A DNA stretch of 64,000 nucleotides, from assembly GCF_001194135.2 (NCBI RefSeq), contig NC_068990.1:49275677-49339676 (forward strand), in the 5' to 3' direction. Numbering within the stretch: the stretch's first letter is position 1; every line of letters starts with the position of its first letter. Below the pieces are notes generated by a model. The model was not told the origin of the DNA. It was given only the letters and a program-made list of their open reading frames with translations, and did not search any database. Both the position numbers and the translations under genes were made by a program. The DNA is from Octopus bimaculoides (taxonomy: Eukaryota). Shown in pieces: positions 1-12,454 of this stretch.

Positions 1-214
1 ACAATCACATTTCGATACTGTAATGACAGATACTTTCAGAGAAAGAGAGAGAGAGATGTATATGTATACATATAGATGTATATGTATACATATAGATGTA
101 TATGTACACGTTATTCCACTAATTGAAACAATCACATTTCGATACCGTAATGACAGATACTTTTAGAGAGAGAGAGAAAGAGAGAGAGAGAGATGTATAT
201 GTATACATATACAT
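1..214. repeat. Tandem duplication (~127-bp period) with (GA)n and (ATGTAT)-type microsatellites, next to a gap
   Basis: acaatcacatttcgata(c/t)..gtaatgacagatactt..gagagaga..atgtatatgtatacatat starts at 1 and again at 128. Confidence 0.7.
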
Positions 215-2394
215 NNNNNNNNNNNNNNNNNNNNNNNNNNNNNNNNNNNNNNNNNNNNNNNNNNNNNNNNNNNNNNNNNNNNNNNNNNNNNNNNNNNNNN
301 NNNNNNNNNNNNNNACAGAAGACTCTTTACTACTCAATGTACATATTGTCTGAATTCTAACAAATGAGAAAGCATTTACTTCAAGAAATGTGTAGAAACA
401 TAAAAACAATAAGAAGTACGTTTGAATGACATCCGTATATATATGAGAAGATGTGTGCATGTGTGTGTACGTGAATGTACTTTATGCACGTCCACGAATT
501 AGCACGCATGTCGCTCCAATTGTAGGAGATTCGTCATGACCCTATCTGCATTTTCGTCAACTTTTTCTCTCAGAGGTACCCGCATATAGCTATAAAAATC
601 GATTTTCAACCATAACTTTTACCAATTTTGAAGTTTGTTGACATGGCGAAGTCAAACTGCGTATGCGCATGAAGAAGTGGGGGAGATACAGAGTGTTTGC
701 TAGCGTCTAAAAAAAAATAATGGAAAGAAAAAGTGGAAGAGGAAGAGAGAAAGCGTTNNNNNNNNNNNNNNNNNNNNNNNNNNNNNNNNNNNNNNNNNNN
801 NNNNNNNNNNNNNNNNNNNNNNNNNNNNNNNNNNNNNNNNNNNNNNNNNNNNNNNNNNNNNNNNNNNNNNNNNNNNNNNNNNNNNNNNNNNNNNNNNNNN
901 NNNNNNNNNNNNNNNNNNNNNNNNNNNNNNNNNNNNNNNNNNNNNNNNNNNNNNNNNNNNNNNNNNNNNNNNNNNNNNNNNNNNNNNNNNNNNNNNNNNN
1001 NNNNNNNNNNNNNNNNNNNNNNNNNNNNNNNNNNNNNNNNNNNNNNNNNNNNNNNNNNNNNNNNNNNNNNNNNNNNNNNNNNNNNNNNNNNNNNNNNNNN
1101 NNNNNNNNNNNNNNNNNNNNNNNNNNNNNNNNNNNNNNNNNNNNNNNNNNNNNNNNNNNNNNNNNNNNNNNNNNNNNNNNNNNNNNNNNNNNNNNNNNNN
1201 NNNNNNNNNNNNNNNNNNNNNNNNNNNNNNNNNNNNNNNNNNNNNNNNNNNNNNNNNNNNNNNNNNNNNNNNNNNNNNNNNNNNNNNNNNNNNNNNNNNN
1301 NNNNNNNNNNNNNNNNNNNNNNNNNNNNNNNNNNNNNNNNNNNNNNNNNNNNNNNNNNNNNNNNNNNNNNNNNNNNNNNNNNNNNNNNNNNNNNNNNNNN
1401 NNNNNNNNNNNNNNNNNNNNNNNNNNNNNNNNNNNNNNNNNNNNNNNNNNNNNNNNNNNNNNNNNNNNNNNNNNNNNNNNNNNNNNNNNNNNNNNNNNNN
1501 NNNNNNNNNNNNNNNNNNNNNNNNNNNNNNNNNNNNNNNNNNNNNNNNNNNNNNNNNNNNNNNNNNNNNNNNNNNNNNNNNNNNNNNNNNNNNNNNNNNN
1601 NNNNNNNNNNNNNNNNNNNNNNNNNNNNNNNNNNNNNNNNNNNNNNNNNNNNNNNNNNNNNNNNNNNNNNNNNNNNNNNNNNNNNNNNNNNNNNNNNNNN
1701 NNNNNTGTGTGTGTGTGTGTGTGTACACACATACATAAAATGAAAGTAAATATTACATGTCTCTGACATTTTTTCCTTCACAAAAACCAGAATTTGTCAT
1801 TCTTATGGAGAAACTCCCTATTTAGACAAACAATAAAAAGTACCTTTGAATGACTAGCTTTCTGTTAGACCTTCAATGGGCAGAGAAAGTTCAAAAGGTC
1901 AACTTATTCTCATTAATCTGTAAGTGCTGAGAGAAGAAAACAAAAGACTTTAAAAATATTTTTTTAAATGCTTTTTCTGCGACCAAAAATTCTTTCAGCT
2001 GGTGCCCCAGCATAGCCACAGTCCTATGACTGAAACAAGTAAAAAGATCTTTAGAAAAGAAAAAAAACCGAGAGGGTTTATAAAGAAATTTTAATAGATT
2101 TGGTTGTTATTTTTAGCATGTGGAGATACCTTCTAGGCTTAAATTCATGTGCTGATTAAAAATCATTAAAAAAAAATTCTGGGGTCATTACATTTGACTA
2201 AAAATTCTTCAAGGTGGTGTCCCAGCATGGTTGCAGTCTAATAACTGTAACAAGTAAATAGGAAAAAAAAATTCTGGGGTCGACACGTTCAACTAAAAAT
2301 TTTTCAAGGCAGTATGGCTGCAGTCTAATGACTAAAATGAGTAAAAGGTGAAAAAAACGAAAAAATAATCAAAAAAATATAACCATGGGGCTTT

Positions 2395-2810
2395 TGTTCT
2401 ACACTCGGACGTGAGGGAGGCCATTATTGTCATCCCCAAAACTGCTGAAATTGTTCTTTGCACCAACTCTGTGTCAAATTGGATGTATGGGCCCCGTCTT
2501 GAGTGAATATGTAACGGTCACCCAGGGTAACACTTTCTCATCCAACGTTTCCATATAAACTTCACTGCCTCCACAGTAAAGATCTCATTGGACCAGATCA
2601 ACACTTTGTTAGCGGTACACTTCATCTCAGTTAATATGGTTTTACCCCTGTCAAACCGTTTATTCTTGCAAGCTGCTGAAATTTAACTACCGGTATTGTT
2701 CCTTGTATGCAGCACACATTCAACTGTTTTGTTATGTCCTTGTTACTTACTCCAGCTGTTTTCAAAGCAACAATCTGGTCACGTTTTACTTTTGATGCCA
2801 TGTTTGTTTA
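2395..2810 (-). mobile_element. Internally deleted Tc1/mariner (maT/DD37D-like) transposase remnant
   Basis: Minus-strand translation gives MASKVKRDQIVALKTAGVSNKDITKQLNV (HTH), VLIWSNEIFTVEA, LDEKVLPW and YIFTQDGAHTSNLTQSWCKEQFQQFWG**WPPSRP, with stops and frameshifts. Confidence 0.6.
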
Positions 2811-3374
2811 CAAACTTGTTATAGACAAACAAAATAAAAGACACATGAACAAAAAAAATATATGCAAATCTTTTTGCAAAATGTAGATAATATTACTTGA
2901 ACCAATATTCTTTAGAAAGAAGTTTAAACATAGGTAAATCTTTCTGGGATATCCCTGTAGAATATTCTCTTACCAGACAACAAAAAAAGGCTTTGTTGAC
3001 GTTCAAAGCAACGGCATTGCTTTCAGGAACATCTTAAAGGTGAAGGTAAAGGACAAAAAACAATGTTTCGAAAAATGGATTTGCAAAGAAAAATTTCTGG
3101 GTAGACCACCAGTCATCAATATCTTACTGAAGATACTTGTAAAATAGGTTAAAACATATCTATCTATAGTGGACTTCTACTCAGTTCAGAGATTATGATA
3201 TATTAAGTTTAAGGCATACACAGAAGAAAGTATTTATCTAATTAGTTGAAAGTCCATAGATTTAAATATAACGTTTTATTTATAATTTTGGATCAGATAT
3301 GTTGTGAGGATAAAAGTGGAAAGTTAATAATTGAGTTACTTATTATTTAGAAATGGCTGAGTCAATTCATTGCA

Positions 3375-3545
3375 GTAATTGCATTTCAAACTGACCACCT
3401 TTCGCCTTGATCACAGCCTGCAAATGAGTGATCATTAAGTTGCATGAACACCATACCACCTCTTCATCCAACTTAACCCATGAAATGGTTGTGGTTGTCT
3501 ATACTAATCATGAATACAGTATTGATGGAGTCAGCTTTCGAAAAA
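3375..3545 (-). mobile_element. C-terminal fragment of a Tc1/maT-type transposase
   Basis: Minus-strand SWVKLDEEVVWCSC...HLQAVIKAKGGQFE resembles the typical RL.AVI.A.GG.FE C-terminus. Confidence 0.5.
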
Positions 3546-5793
3546 CATTCTAACTTCTAGAGTCCAAAATAAAAACAACGTTTTAGTACTAATGTATCAT
3601 TGAGGGCAGACCATAAATTAGATTCAGATCTGAAAAAAGCCCTTCCTGGTTTGTTTTTTTTCCCCTCCAGTTCCCCTGATATTTGAAAGCAGATCAACAG
3701 GGATTGTAAACATCACCTCACTGCTTCACCCAGGCTGTAAGAGACATAGAATGTCACAAAATTAGTGTATATGAATAATGCACATACACGAGCTTCCCTA
3801 CAGTTTCCCGTCGCTTTGATTCCACTCACAAGGCACCTGTGGTTGGTGAAGGTACTTATCTTTGGTAACACACAAATGTGAAATGATAATTAAATTCATT
3901 TAGCTCCATCTTTCATGACAGCTTCCTAGATTCATCATTGCAGCTCCTATTTTTTTTTTTTTAGTATCACAAATATAAAGCATTGAGGCAATCATGTTTG
4001 CTATATATGCAGCTTTTTTTTATGTATGAAGATGTCTAAACTACAAATAATCCAAAACTATAGATTTCAGTTTTCATTGCTCAAATCCCTTTGCGTAAGG
4101 TACAGATTTCACAAGTTAACGATTGTGCCTGTTGCCATATTAAATTTAACAAAGTTACTAATCTCACTATCAAGAGAGAGCAACTGCAAAAGCAAATAGA
4201 TTTTGTGCATGCAATGCTGGCCTATTACGTTGAGAACTACCTCATAGAAATGAAGGTTAATGCCAAAAATGAAAAGACATAGAAAGTCATTTGGTTTAAA
4301 ATAATATGGAAGCAATGATCCAAGCAAGCAGCAGATATGTCAACATTCTTGTTGATAGAGGCCAGTTTGTAATGTTTTTAGAGAAAAATTGTCGGAAGCA
4401 CTAAAACTGCAACTGACAAAGGTATTGCTGAAAATAAGTGCATTAGGCTCATTGTTTTAACATCTAAATGTTCATGTATGGATTAGATAGGATTCATTGG
4501 GGAAGATCTAAGGTTGGATACACTCACCTATTTCCAAATAAGAAAATATTCCCTCCCACCAAGTCTAAGCCTGTTTTCTTAGATGACTGCAACAAACCAC
4601 ACTGTTTATGGACAAGTGATGCTAGAATTAAGACAAAAATACACAAGTGTTTTCAGTTTCATCTACCAAATTGACTTACAAGGCTTTGGTTGGCTCAGGT
4701 CTTTAATATAAAAGACATTTGCCCAAGATGTCACACAGTGGGACTGAACCTGAAACAAACTTCTTAAACACAACCATTCTTGCAACACTGTTGTGTTGCC
4801 TGAGAAGCAACACAAGGACCATAATAGGGAAGATTTCAACACTTTACAAGAGTGTACATGTGTGTGTGCGTATATATATTTGTATGGAACACGAGAAAGT
4901 TATTTTATTGCAATGTCATGATATTTCATGACATTGAACAACTCTCAAAATAAAGATCTAAATTCAATATTATTCTATGTTGAGTTAGTCACCACTCCTT
5001 AACCTAACAGAGTACCCTATTAAAAAAAAAAATATTGCTAAAGTACTAATAGTCTGAAAACATGGACTGTTCAGAAAAAATAGAAGCAAATAACTGCAGA
5101 ATTAATCAGAGACTTGTCCCTTTCATAAACATTTTACATCCACTTTCCATCCCAGCATGGGATGGATAGGTTGTCACAGTCCATCATGGTCCAAATTCTT
5201 ATTCAGAGTTACTACCTTCCTACAGGGATAAAAGGACAATGTCTCATCTGTTTCATTTCATGTTTGGTTTCTACACTGGATGCTCTATCATGATACTGTA
5301 TATTTTTCAACTAAAGAGGTTGGTTATGAGAATTTTGTGTAAAAGAGGGTAGAGGAGACCTTACTGCCTTCTAGTTCAATGCTGAACTCAGAGGTTGTTC
5401 AAACAACTACTAATTATACTTAGCTACCTTGGAAAAAGCCAAGACCCCTTAAAACAGAACTATTTGGAATAAAGTGGAAGGCCTCAGTTGCAACATATTT
5501 AATCAACGATCTGAAGATAAAATACATGCAATATTGTACTGTAGGCTATATATATNNNNNNNNNNNNNNNNNNNNNNNNNNNNNNNNNNNNNNNNNNNNN
5601 NNNNNNNNNNNNNNNNNNNNNNNNNNNNNNNNNNNNNNNNNNNNNNNNNNNNNNNNNNNNNNNNNNNNNNNNNNNNNNNNNNNNNNNNNNNNNNNNNNNN
5701 NNNNNNNNNNNNNNNNNNNNNNNNNNNNNNNNNNNNNNNNNNNNNNNNNNNNNNNNNNNNNNNNNNNNNNNNNNNNNNNNNNNNNNNNNNNNN

Positions 5794-8700
5794 NCTTTGT
5801 TCCTGACTAAGAAGAGATTTATCTTTCATTCCAGTTACCCATTGACATTTGAAATGGATAACCAAAAATTTCATATCTGCGTTGTAACACTTTTTTTAAA
5901 AAGGAGAATGCAAGACTTGCAAAAACATTTGTGAAGTTTCTGGTGAGGATGCTATAGAAAATTTAAAGCTGGAGAGTTTAGTTTGGAAGATGAGTAGCAG
6001 TGGAAGACCTTCAAAATTGGATGAAGATGTTTTGAAGGCAAAAATCAAAGAAAACTCAGATATTATTACAACTAGAGAACTTGCACAGGAGTTAGGAGTT
6101 TCTCAACTTCAGGAAACCTGCGTGTCACCTACCGTTTCGGCAGACACACAAGCCAAATTGACTACATCCTCACCAGAAATAGAGAAAGAGGACTGCTTAT
6201 AAATGCCAAAACCTTCCCAAGCAAAGAATGTACCCCTCAAAACTGATTAGTAGTTAATGACTTTGGGATCAAGGCTAAATGGGTGCCCAGAAGTAGACCA
6301 GCTTGGAGGAGAGGGGTGTGGAAGCTTAAAGATCCTGCAAATGGACAGAGATTTAGAGATGTCTTACTCGAAGCCTTTGACAAAATAGAAGGGGATATAG
6401 CATCACACAATGTGAAAGACAATTGGAGGTTTCTACAGGACAACCTGCTGAGAGCCACTGACCAGATCTGTGGTTGGTGCAAAGTCCCCTCTCGACCCAA
6501 AGTAACGTGGTGGTGGAACAATGTTGTTGACAGGGCTATTAGACAAAAGAAACAGGCTTGGAAGGACTGGAAGAATGGAGGTAGCAGGGAATTGTAACAG
6601 ACTGCCAGAAGGGAAGCTAGGAGACAGGTTTACTTAGCCAGAGGGGAAGCAGATAAGAAAAAATTTGCCAATGTTCTGCACCGTAAGAACCAAAGACTTG
6701 AGGTATTTCGTGTTGCAAGACAGTGTGTGAGAGAGAAATGTGATGGTACACTTGCACGAAATGAGGCTGCTAAGAGAGAGAGGTTTGGAGACGCCACTAT
6801 GAAAGTTTGCTTAATAAAGAGAATGAATGGGAGGAAGAGAGTCTGCCGCATGTCGACCCAAAAGAGGAACCAGCTATCCTGATTGACAATACCTTGGTAG
6901 ATAAAGCAATCAAGAGTATTAAGGCAGGGAAAGCCCCCGGCCCATCAGGAATCACTGCAGAAATGCTCAAAATACCTGGCAGTGTTGGCTATAGCCTAGT
7001 CACCCGTATAGTTAATCAGGTGATACACAAGTCCTACCCAATGACTGGTGTAGCAGCAACATAGTCAACTGCTACAAAGGTAAAGGTGACGCTTTAGACA
7101 CAAACAATTACAGAGGTATCAAGTTGTTGGACCAGGTAATGAAGGTCACGGAGAGGGTCATAGCCCAACTAATTAGGGAGCGAGTCAGTTTAGATGAGAT
7201 GCAGTTTGGGTTCATTCCAGAGAAAAGTACCACTGATGCTATATTTCTGGTAAGACAGCTGCAGGAGAAATACCTAGGCAAAGAAACCTCAATACCTGGC
7301 TTTCATTGACATGGAGAAAGCCTTTGACAGGGTCCCCTGATCCCTTATCTGGTGGTCAATGAGGAAACTAGGGATAGATGAGTAGTTAGTGAGAGCTGTG
7401 CAAGCCATGTACAGGGACGCTGTCAGTAAGGGGAGGGTTGGAAATTAGTACAGGGAAGAATTCTGGGTAGAGGTAGGGGTCCACCAAGGTTCAGTCCTCA
7501 GCCCCCTCATATTTATCATAGTCCTCCAGGCAATAACACAGGAATTCAAGACATGCTGCCCCTGGGAGCTCCTCTTTGCTGATGACCTTGCTCTAATTGC
7601 TGAGTCACTATCAAAACTAGAAAAGTTTCAGGTGTGGAAGCAAGGACTAGAATCAAAGGGCCTTAGAGTCAACCTAGCTAAAACCAAAGTCTTAATAAGT
7701 AAGAAGGTAGACAAAACACAAACCCCTTCAGGTAGATGGCCCTGTTCAATCTGTAGAAAAGGCGTAGGTAGAAACTCCATAAGATGTACCCAGTGTAAGA
7801 TATGGACACATAAGAGGTGCAGCAATATCAAAGGAAGGCTAACTAGCAAGATAGTTTTTGTATGTTGCAGATGCTCAGGAGCAATAAACAATGAAAATGG
7901 GCAGAAAACAACCTTTGCCACACTCCAGAGAGAAAAACTAAAAGTAGTTGATAGCTTCCGCTACCTAGGTGACCAAGTTTGTAGCGGGGGAGGGTGCGCT
8001 GAAAGTGTAGCTGCTAGAATAAGAATAGCCTGGGCAAAGTTCAGAGAGCACTTACCTCTGCTGGTGACAAAGGGCCTCTGACTCAGAGTAAAAGGCAGAC
8101 TGTATGATGCATGTGTACGAACCGCAATGCAACATGGCAGTGAAACATGGGCCGTGACTGCCGAGGACATGCGTAAGCTTGCAAGAAATGAAGCCAGTAT
8201 GCTCCAATGGATGTGTAATGTCAGTGTGCATACTCGACAGAGTGTAAGTACCATGACAGAAAAGTTGGACCTAAGAAGCATCAGTTGTGGTGTGCAAGAG
8301 AGACAATTGCGCTGGTATGGACATGTGGAAAGAATGGATGAGGATAGCTGTGTGAAAAAGTGGCACACCCTAGCAGTGGAGGGAACCCGTGGAAGAGGTA
8401 GGCCCAGGAAGACCTGGGATGAGGTGGTGAAGCACGACCTTCGAACTGTAGGCCTCACTGAGGCAACGACTAGTGATTGGGACCTTTGGAAATATGCAGT
8501 ATGTGAGAAGACCCGGCAAGCCAAGTGAGAGCATAATCTGTGGCCTCTGCCAGAAGTGTAGCCAGCTCACTTATTCGTATCCTTACTTCATTAGACACTA
8601 AACTCTGCTTGTGAAGACCTGTTGCGGCAAGTGAATTTGAAATCGAACCAAATTCGACGACTGGCACCCATGCCAACCTCTCCTTCATTGAACACTAAAC

Positions 8701-9930
8701 TCCTTGCGAAGACCTGTTGGGGCAAGTGAAATCGAAATCGTAATTGAACCACATTCAATGACTGGCACCTGTGCCAGTGGAGTACTAGCAGCACTGTCCA
8801 AGCGTGATCATTGCCAGAACAGCTGTCTGGCTTCTGTGCTAGTGGCCTGTAAATAGCACCATTTGAGCGTGATTGTTACCAGCGTCGCCATACCATTTTG
8901 AGTGTGGCTGTTGCCAGTACCGTGTAACTGGCCCTTGTGCCGTGGCACGTAAAAGCACCCACTACACTCTCTGAGTGGTTGGCATTTAGGAAGGGCATCC
9001 AGCTGTAGAAACTCTGCCAGATCAGATTGGAGCCTGGTGTAGCCATCCAGTTCACCAGTCCTCAGTCAAATCGTCCAACCCATGCTAGCATGGAAAGCAG
9101 ACATTAAACGATGATGATGATGATGACAACTCATGAATACCGAGTGAAGCTAGGATACATTTCTCACTGTAATATATGGGTCCCTCACAAACTATCAAAA
9201 AAGAATTACTTTAAGTATTCTGTTTGTGATATGCTTTTGATACGGAATGAAAGCTTGCCTTGTTTTGAAACAACTTGTGACTGGACATGAAAAATGGATT
9301 ATGTACAAAAATGTGCAAAAGATCCTGGATTTTGCGCAAGGATCCCCAAAACAGCAACCAAAGACAAATATCCATGCCAAAAAAAAAAAAAAAAAGCTAT
9401 ACTTTGTGTTTGGTGAGATCAAAGGTATTTATTATGAGCTTCTCTCACAAAACAAGACCATTCTTATGTGTACTGTCATCAGCTGACTAATTTGAACAGA
9501 AAAAAAAATAATAAAGAGACCTAAGAATTGAGGCCAGAGATTGCCAACAAGAAAGGGATAGTGTTCTAACATGACAATGCCCAACCTTTTGCTAACCAAA
9601 CAAAGTTACATGAACTTGGCTGAAATCTTTTACCCCATCCACCATATTCTCCTGATATTGTGCCATCTGACTACCATTTGTTTTTGTCACTACAGAACTC
9701 ATTGCAAGGAAAAACATTTAAAGATTTAGATGGAGTCAAAATGCATCTAGATAACTTATGTTCAAAACCAGTCAAATTTTATGGTGGTGGAATATTTAAA
9801 TTGCCTGATAGATGGGCAAATGTCATTAATAATAAAGGAAATTATTTCATTGAATAAAATTTGAGAGATCATTTAAATCCCCTTTTGCATATTAAAAAAA
9901 TGCTCAGAACTTTCCAGACAACCTAAAATA
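5794..9930 (+). mobile_element. Decayed mariner transposon split by an RTE LINE insertion
   Basis: 5' part: MDNQKFH... from 5853 and SGRPSKLDEDVLKAKIKENSDIITTRELAQELGVSQ. It resumes after 9127 with KLGYISHCNIWVPHKL, LVTGHEKWIMYKNV, HDNAQP and HPPYSPDIVPSDYHLFLSLQNSL...RWANVINNKGNYFIE. Right TIR-like cagaactttccagacaacctaaaa+TA at ~9905-9930; the left TIR probably lies in the gap. Confidence 0.85.
6109..9126 (+). mobile_element. 5'-truncated RTE-clade LINE, pseudogenised, with 3' UTR and (GAT)n tail
   Basis: RT motifs [65 protein letters not shown] and RLRWYGHVERM..GRGRPRKTW are spread over ORFs 6283-8528 with stops and frameshifts. The tail ends ...catgctagcatggaaagcagacattaaacgatgatgatgatga. 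Candidate TSD caact at 6104-6108 and 9127-9131. Confidence 0.92.
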
Positions 9931-11251
9931 TGTATAAATTTATTCACGCACACTATGGTTAAATCACTACTAATCCAAACAACTAGTAATATAAAAGAAA
10001 TAAAGTTGAAAATGCAGAAAATATATACATTTTCAACTTGATTCTTCTGTACATGCACTTGATATTTTATATTAGATTTCAACTATTAACTTTCATGTCA
10101 ACAGCCACATTCTAATTTATGTACCTATAAATAGTTCAAGAAGCTCATTACATTTCTTTTATTAATATTCCATGTAGTCTTTTCTAGCATGTACTTGTGA
10201 ATTTGATTTATGTCCAAGTCTTTTTTCCATGCTAAAATGGGTTGAATATAATCCAAGTTTTACAAGTGGATACCCATTGTCACTAAACTTTACCTAGTTT
10301 ACATTTTTTTTTTGTTTGTTTTACTCTTGTCTCTGAAAACAGAGCAAGAGAACAATTCATAGACAGTTAAATCCAACTTTTTGTCTTTAGCTCAATGCTT
10401 TCATGCAAAGACAGAGGACAAACATTGAGATGCATGTATACAATCCTATACATGCAAACACACAACATGCACACCTAAGCTTTTATACAGTTTCTGCCTC
10501 CCAGTTTTACTCAAGGCATTGGTCAGCAGATGCTACAGCAGAAGACACTTGCCCAAGGCACCACACACTGAAATAGTACTCAAGATCACTTGGTAAAAAA
10601 GTAAACTCCACATTGATGCAAGCATACTTGCACAAATGTAAACTTAATATGAATAATAAATGTGATAGAATAACAACACACATCAATAATAAAAATTTAT
10701 TAACAAAATAGAGGCGTATACTTTTCACTTTCTATACATCTTATCCTGCTCAGTTCAAATTAGTTGGGGAGTAGAGAAGGAATATTGTGGCCTGAAACTG
10801 GGATGTGGATTATTGATAAAAAGATCTATAAATAGAACCTAGCTAAGTTTTGTAAATTTATATAAAGATTAAATTTCAATATTAATAGAGAAATCCGACT
10901 TCAAAAATACAATTTTACCCCACCTGAGATACATCTTAAGTTTAATATATGGATATATAAAAAAAATAAAAAATAAATTCCTTTATGTTATAGAAGAACC
11001 TAAGGCATTATTGAGAGGGAATTATTAGTTGCAAACAAAATTAGAAAAAATATCTAGGGAAATAAATATTACTGAATAAAATTTTGAAAAAGCAAAATTT
11101 CCCTTTTTGATAAGTATCAAAACTGATATTAAAAGACAAAAAAATAACTTGAACTTTTGTGTTACATGTCACCACACAACCCTAATTTAAAACATTTATG
11201 CCCATCTTAAGAAATTGACTGGGCTGGTGTTTACAAGAACTGAAAGTGAAA

Positions 11252-11297
<46 letters not shown>
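11252..11297. repeat. Compound (TC)n(CA)n microsatellite
   Basis: Read directly from the sequence. Confidence 0.9.
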
Positions 11298-11301
<4 letters not shown>

Positions 11302-12454
11302 AGCATAATGCATACATGCACTGACGAACTGTTGAACTAAATTTTTTTAGCTACATTGGTAATTTCAAGGAGACTAGATAGAAGTTTTATAAAATTTAAT
11401 ATTAGATTAGACATATTCAGAAAGGGAATTTCTATCAGGCAATAGTCACTGCTAGAGAATTATTCTCTTGTGAAAGAGAACCCATAAATAGAATGTCAAC
11501 AAAATGTTGGAAGATAATAAGTTTCAGCAAGAATGAACCAAATTTAAACAAACAAAACATACATATTGGTTTTACTGTTTGTACATACTAGCTCAGACAA
11601 GTGTTCAATGTAATTGTCTCCTGTTCATTTCATTTAACCTTGCTCTACTAGTCCTTGTGTTATTACCTATTTGGTGAGCTACAGTTATAAAGGTCATCAA
11701 ATCCAACCCTAAATATTATGTCAACAGACTAAAGGGTAAACATGAGAACATTTTGAAACAATGGATCACTAAATAAGCATCTAATCCAAATTGGTTTTTA
11801 CTAACTGCACCATATAACTACCTTGAAAAATAAAAGATGCAACAATGCTTTCTACAAACAAAAACAAGTCATGAAGCCAAAGTGCAGAATTCGAAATCTG
11901 AGTTTGCTTTTTCTCTCAAGATGTTCTAAAACAATCTTGTACAATATTTATTTCAATAATTGTATGATTAAAAAAAAAAAAATCTTTAAATGGAAAAAGC
12001 CAAAAGTCAAATCAGACAAAAAAAAAATCCGAGCCTGAATATAATCTATTAAAAATAAAGACTTTTCTAGTGTGCGTCAAACTGCTGAAATAGGTAAGAG
12101 GAGAAAAGTTAAATAAGTAAAATTTGAAACTAGGAAGAAATCAAAAATCCTATTAGAAACAGGTAGTAATCAGTTTTACTCAAACTAGGATATATTCTGT
12201 ATTATTCATATCTACCTTAAAAGAAAATGTTTTCTTAGAAAACAAGAGTGTCAAGATTGGGAAGTACAAAAGTTGCTTACATATAATATATACACACACA
12301 CACCCACCCACACACACACACATGTATAAAGATATATACATACATATACACATATATACAAATATGCATGTATATACATACACATATGCAAATGGATACA
12401 TACACACACTACCATCACAAATGCATGTGCACACAAACTCATACGCATTACTTT

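Noticed and set aside
119-1781. Long ORFs of 113-391 aa in the track (also those at 5474-5874, 26920-27216 and 56750-57650)
   Set aside because: They are open only because they span N-gaps.
4091-4430. ORF with CACCHIKF and IEMKVNAK, possibly a gag/protease relic
   Set aside because: No catalytic motif or LTR context recognised.
9930-12450. Alternative LAMP C-terminal exons (LAMP2A/B/C style)
   Set aside because: No second TM+GYxxPhi exon was seen downstream of the stop codon.
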